Of a stretch of 64,000 nt of DNA, positions 60,201 to 64,000 are shown piece after piece. The notes beneath the pieces are model-generated. The model was not told the origin of the DNA. It ran no database searches and saw only the letters and a list, made by a program, of their open reading frames with translations. A program made the translations under genes and the position numbers. Location of the stretch: positions 143,906-207,905 of the forward strand of contig NIVC01001353.1 in the NCBI GenBank assembly GCA_002269645.1, read 5' to 3'. Numbering within the stretch: position 1 is the first letter of the stretch; the number at the start of each line of letters is the position of its first letter. Source of the DNA: Macrostomum lignano (lineage: Eukaryota).

Positions 60201-63200
60201 GCAGGCGGAGAGAGCGTTTGTGACGTTGTTGTTCACCTTGCCGAGTTGTCCGTCGGAAAAGGTGGCATTGTCGTTCCACTCCTGCCAGCAGGTGGAGTTG
60301 GCGCCCACCCGACTGGAGATGGTCTCCTCATTCACCTTGATCGCGATGGCCGCCTCGCTGTACCATCGCACCTGGAGCTGGATCCATTCTGTGTAGTTGA
60401 ACGGGACCATCGCCTCGCAGGTCTTGTTTGCACTGCGGACAGTGGCGATGAGGAAGCCCTCGCTGCTAATGGAGATCGCTGTGCCGAGGTGGCCAGCGTT
60501 TTGCCCGCCAGAGCTGAACACGTACTTCCTGCCTGGTGTTGTCGGCATCCTTGGCTTAAAGTTAATGGTCAGAATGTAGGCTTTGCAGGGAGCAGTGTTC
60601 TGCAGGCAGGAGTCTTGCAGGTCACCCAAAGAGATGTAGGAGCCGCCCGAGCCGGTGGTGCACATCGCGCCGCTCTCCATGTTCGTACTTGTCATTGTCC
60701 AACTGCACGTTGACGCCCTGCAATGGTCGCGGCTGCAGCGAGTTCCACAGGCCGGAGACGCGTCCAGAATTCATCGGACATGCCAATGAGCTCGTACTGG
60801 CTGGATTGGATGCCCAGCACTCCAAGCTCATGCTCACGTTTGTGCCATTCAGAAAGATGGTCGGGTAGAAGGTGTTTCTTGTTCAGCAGCAGGCCCAGGT
60901 TCAGCCAGCGGTTCAAGCGCACCTTTACGCCCGACTTCGTGACCATTTTGTAGCTCTGGCCGGACCGCTTGACCCAGGCGCGTAGAGTATTGTCGCTGGC
61001 GATGCTCAGGCCGAAGCCCTCCTTACTGTCGCTCTCGCTGCGCCCAGTGACAGCACAGTGAAGGACGTGTCGTTGGCCTTGCTGCGCACTTGGATCCAAG
61101 TGCTGAGCAGCACCTGGAATTTGCAGTCGCTGAGGCTTCGCGGACACTCGTTAGCCTTGTAGGCCTTCACTCCGACCTCGCCGTTGGTGTTGATCATGGC
61201 GTAGCCCGAGTAGCTGCTGACGAAGCCGTTCGGCCCGATGGGAACTCCGTACAGCCACGCCTGCTTCATCAGCGGGAAGTCCGTGTCGATGACGTCTTCG
61301 CCGTAGACCAACAGGTCGGCGGAAGCGTAGTACCTGTTATTGATGCTGCCCACGACGCGGGCGAACTCCTCCGGACTCATCCACTTGTCGTAGAACACAA
61401 CGTCGCTGAAGGCGAAATTTCCCATCACCCACTCCGAGTTGGACTTCCAGGTGCTGTTCTGATCGTCGTCAAACCTGCCGATCACCGCCGGGTGTGCTTG
61501 TCGTACGCCTTGTAGCTCACGTCGGGGTGCAGGTTCTTGATTCCGTAGTCGGTTCCGTTGAGGAAGAGCCGCATGCCCTCCTGCTCGCGCCAGGTGAAAC
61601 CGATGTTGAACCACTCGTTGAGGTCGTACCTGTTGCTGTCAATCACGATGGCCCAGTCGTTTCTGTCGGTGGAGAGAGAAACTCCGAGCAGGTTCCCGGT
61701 GGTGAACAGGCTGATCCCGCGCGAATCCAGCGTGGACGACCGGCATCGCCGAGATCTCCGGACGAGAAGAAGAACTGCTTTTTGATTGGGTCAATCGACT
61801 TGATGTTGATCCACATGTGCATGGACAGGCCGCTGATCTGGCACTGGCGCTGGTAGGGATCCGTGATGCATTCTCCGTACCACATGATGCTCTTCTCCGT
61901 GGGGTCTTGGCGAACTCGTTGCCCAGGAAGATCTGGCCGTGCCAGTTTCCGTCCAGCCTGGTGGCCATTGACTTGTTGTAGCGGTCCGGCTCGAACTTGA
62001 TGGCGCTGCCGATGATGCCGGACGAGTTCAGGGCGGTACTATGCGACTTCAGGCGGTAGTTCGACGGCCCGTTCAAGGCGATGCCGTCCGCCAGCACGAA
62101 TTCGTCGGTGGTCCAGTAGAAGGTGGACTCCCGGATGTGCCTGAGCTGGTCACGGGTGTAGCCAAGGAACCTGTGCGCCTCAAAGTCTTCTAGCGGGTGG
62201 TACCAGACGGCCAGGTCGTTGAACAGGACGCCGATCGGAGCGGGTGCTCGAGCCAGAGTCACCTTTCCCAGGTGAGTATCAGCGGGCTGCCGGTGAACTC
62301 TGTCGTGCTGCCGACGTTGATGCGTTCACGTAGCCAGTCAGCACCGGGATAGAGCCGCGCGTGTCGTACACGATGCCGATGTTTGTCCACTGCTTGAACT
62401 TGATGCGCGCGGTGATCTGCCGAGCGCCCGCCTGAACGCGCAGGGTCACGTCGCCGCTGCTGCTGTTGCACACCGTCACGGAGATGACGTTGAATCGAAT
62501 CACCTCCATGATGATGGTCGGCAGCTGCTGGAACGGCCCGATCCACATGGACATCGAGATGCCGCCATTCGTGCAGCTGGCGTTGTTGCCGAGGCACACG
62601 GTGTCGAAGCCGCTGATTGTGAACATGGCCGGCGTGCTGGTGAATTTGAAGTGCGCGAGTCCCGTGCTGTTGCGGCTGTTCTCCTGTCACGGTGATGTTG
62701 TTGACTGCTGCGGACACGTTGCTTGGAGATCGTAGCCTCTCAGTAGTAGTCGGCCATGGCGTAGAACGGGTTCGGGTCGCCGGCGTCCAGCCGGGCCTCC
62801 TTGAGGATGCTGGAGTAGGGGAAGGCCGGCGTCGGCGGGTGGTCGGCACGGCGGTCGTGGCCGGGGCCTGGTACTTGATCAGCTTGTACACTGGTGGCGG
62901 AGGCGGCGGGGGTGGCGATGCGTATTATCCTTGCGGATCTAGTCTCTGCGGATCTAGTCTCTGCGGATCTAGTCTCTAGTCTGGTCTCTGCGGATCTAGT
63001 CTCTGCGGATCTAGTCTCTACGGATCTGGTCTCTGCGGATCTAGTCTCTGCGGATCTAGTCTCTACGGATCTGATCTCTGCGGATCTAGTCTCTGCGGAT
63101 CTAGTCTCTCTCCGGATCTAGTCTCTGTAGATCTAGTCTCTACGGATCTAGTTTCTGCGGATCTAGTCTCTGCGGATCTAGTCTCTACGGATCTAGTCTC

Positions 63201-64000
63201 TGCGGATCTAGTCTCTGCGGATCTAGTCTCTCTCCGGATCTAGTCTCTGTAGATCTAGTCTCTACGGATCTAGTCTCTGCGGATCTAGTCTCTGCGGATC
63301 TAGTCTCTGCGAATCTAGTGTCTGCGGATCTAGTCTCTGTGGATCTAATCTCTGCGGATCTAGTCTCTGCGGATCTAGTCTCTATGGATCTAGTCTCTGC
63401 GGATCTAGTCTCTGCGGATCTAGTTTCTGCGGATCTAGTGTTCTGCGGATCTAGTCTCTGCGGATCTAGTTTCTGCGGATCTAGTCTCTGTGGATCTAAT
63501 CTATGCGGATCTAGTCTCTGCGGATCTAGTCTCTATGGATCTAGTCTCTGCGGATCTAGTATCTACGGATCTAGTCTCTGCGGATCTAGTCTCTATGGAT
63601 CTAGTCTCTGCGGATCTAGTCTCTGCGGATCTAGTTTCTGCGGATCTAGTGTCTGCGGATCTAGTCTCTGCGGATCTAGTTTCTGCGGATCTAGTCTCTG
63701 TGGATCTAATCTCTGCGGATCTAGTCTCTGCGGATCTAGTCTCTATGGATCTAGTCTCTGCGGATCTAGTATCTACGGATCTAGTCTCTGCGGATCTAGT
63801 CTCTATGGATCTAGTCTCTGCGGATCTAGTCTCTACATCAGCTCACCGAGAGCTCGGTCAGCAGGATGAGATTCTCCTGCTGGATTGGCCACAGCCAGAT
63901 GGCCGGTGGATGACGATGGCCTTCAAGAAGCTCTTGCTGGCGGTCGGGGTCAGCTCGCAGCCATCACAATGTCCGTGGCCGCGGGCCTGCGCGTTGGGCT
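57229..64000 (-). CDS. Adhesion GPCR (ADGRD-like): at least 5 LamG/pentraxin-like repeats, GAIN/GPS, secretin-type 7TM. 5' end lies outside the window; multiple single-base frameshifts in this sequence
   Basis: Exons 64000-63847, about 62890-57695 and 57550-57229. GPS CAFWHPTENKWSTEGC...CRCDHMTSFAILM at about 58525-58655; 7TM with HLNLAGAL, C.AIAIIMHLFFVATF, WLIPVVIV, CWI, NASQGIWVF. The ORF is broken into overlapping frames. Confidence 0.85.
62933..63835. repeat. 15-bp minisatellite CTAGTCTCTGCGGAT filling an adhesion-GPCR intron
   Basis: About 58 copies between the acceptor (62891) and the donor (63846). Confidence 0.96.

Overview
Eukaryotic (animal) genomic DNA. GC-rich exons with Gln/Ala-rich products and introns packed with minisatellites suggest a macrostomid flatworm such as Macrostomum; that identification is an inference. 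Genes reconstructed by hand from splice sites and reading phase: LSM8 (1627-1917 +); a 4-exon bombesin/CCHamide-receptor-like class A GPCR (3987-17603 -); an orphan ORF (23357-23878 -); a 4E-T/EIF4ENIF1 homolog (27621-35023 +); a CRAL-TRIO/Sec14 protein (40409-43108 +); thioredoxin (44399-44716 +); tRNA-Pro(AGG) (45662-45733 -); a GT32 DXD glycosyltransferase of the MIPC-synthase/OCH1 type (45904-53881 -); and the 3' part of a large adhesion GPCR with at least five LamG/pentraxin-like repeats, GAIN/GPS and 7TM (57229-64000 -, several single-base frameshifts). An intact, young Ty3/Gypsy LTR retrotransposon (8347-12695, TSD TATGT) sits inside a minisatellite in GPCR intron 2, and there is a Mariner-type MITE at 3202-3418. 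About 20 different tandem arrays cover a large part of the window; 12 of 14 predicted introns carry an array, often starting at the splice site. The most unusual signal is localised C>T/G>A hypermutation that includes non-CpG contexts (TpG>TpA, CpA>TpA), reminiscent of fungal RIP. It shows up when two inverted copies of one repeat are compared (22690-23200 vs 26070-26690) and in two nearly CpG-free blocks upstream of LSM8 and 4E-T. A decayed 28S rRNA fragment spanning the R2/I-PpoI target site lies just upstream of 4E-T.
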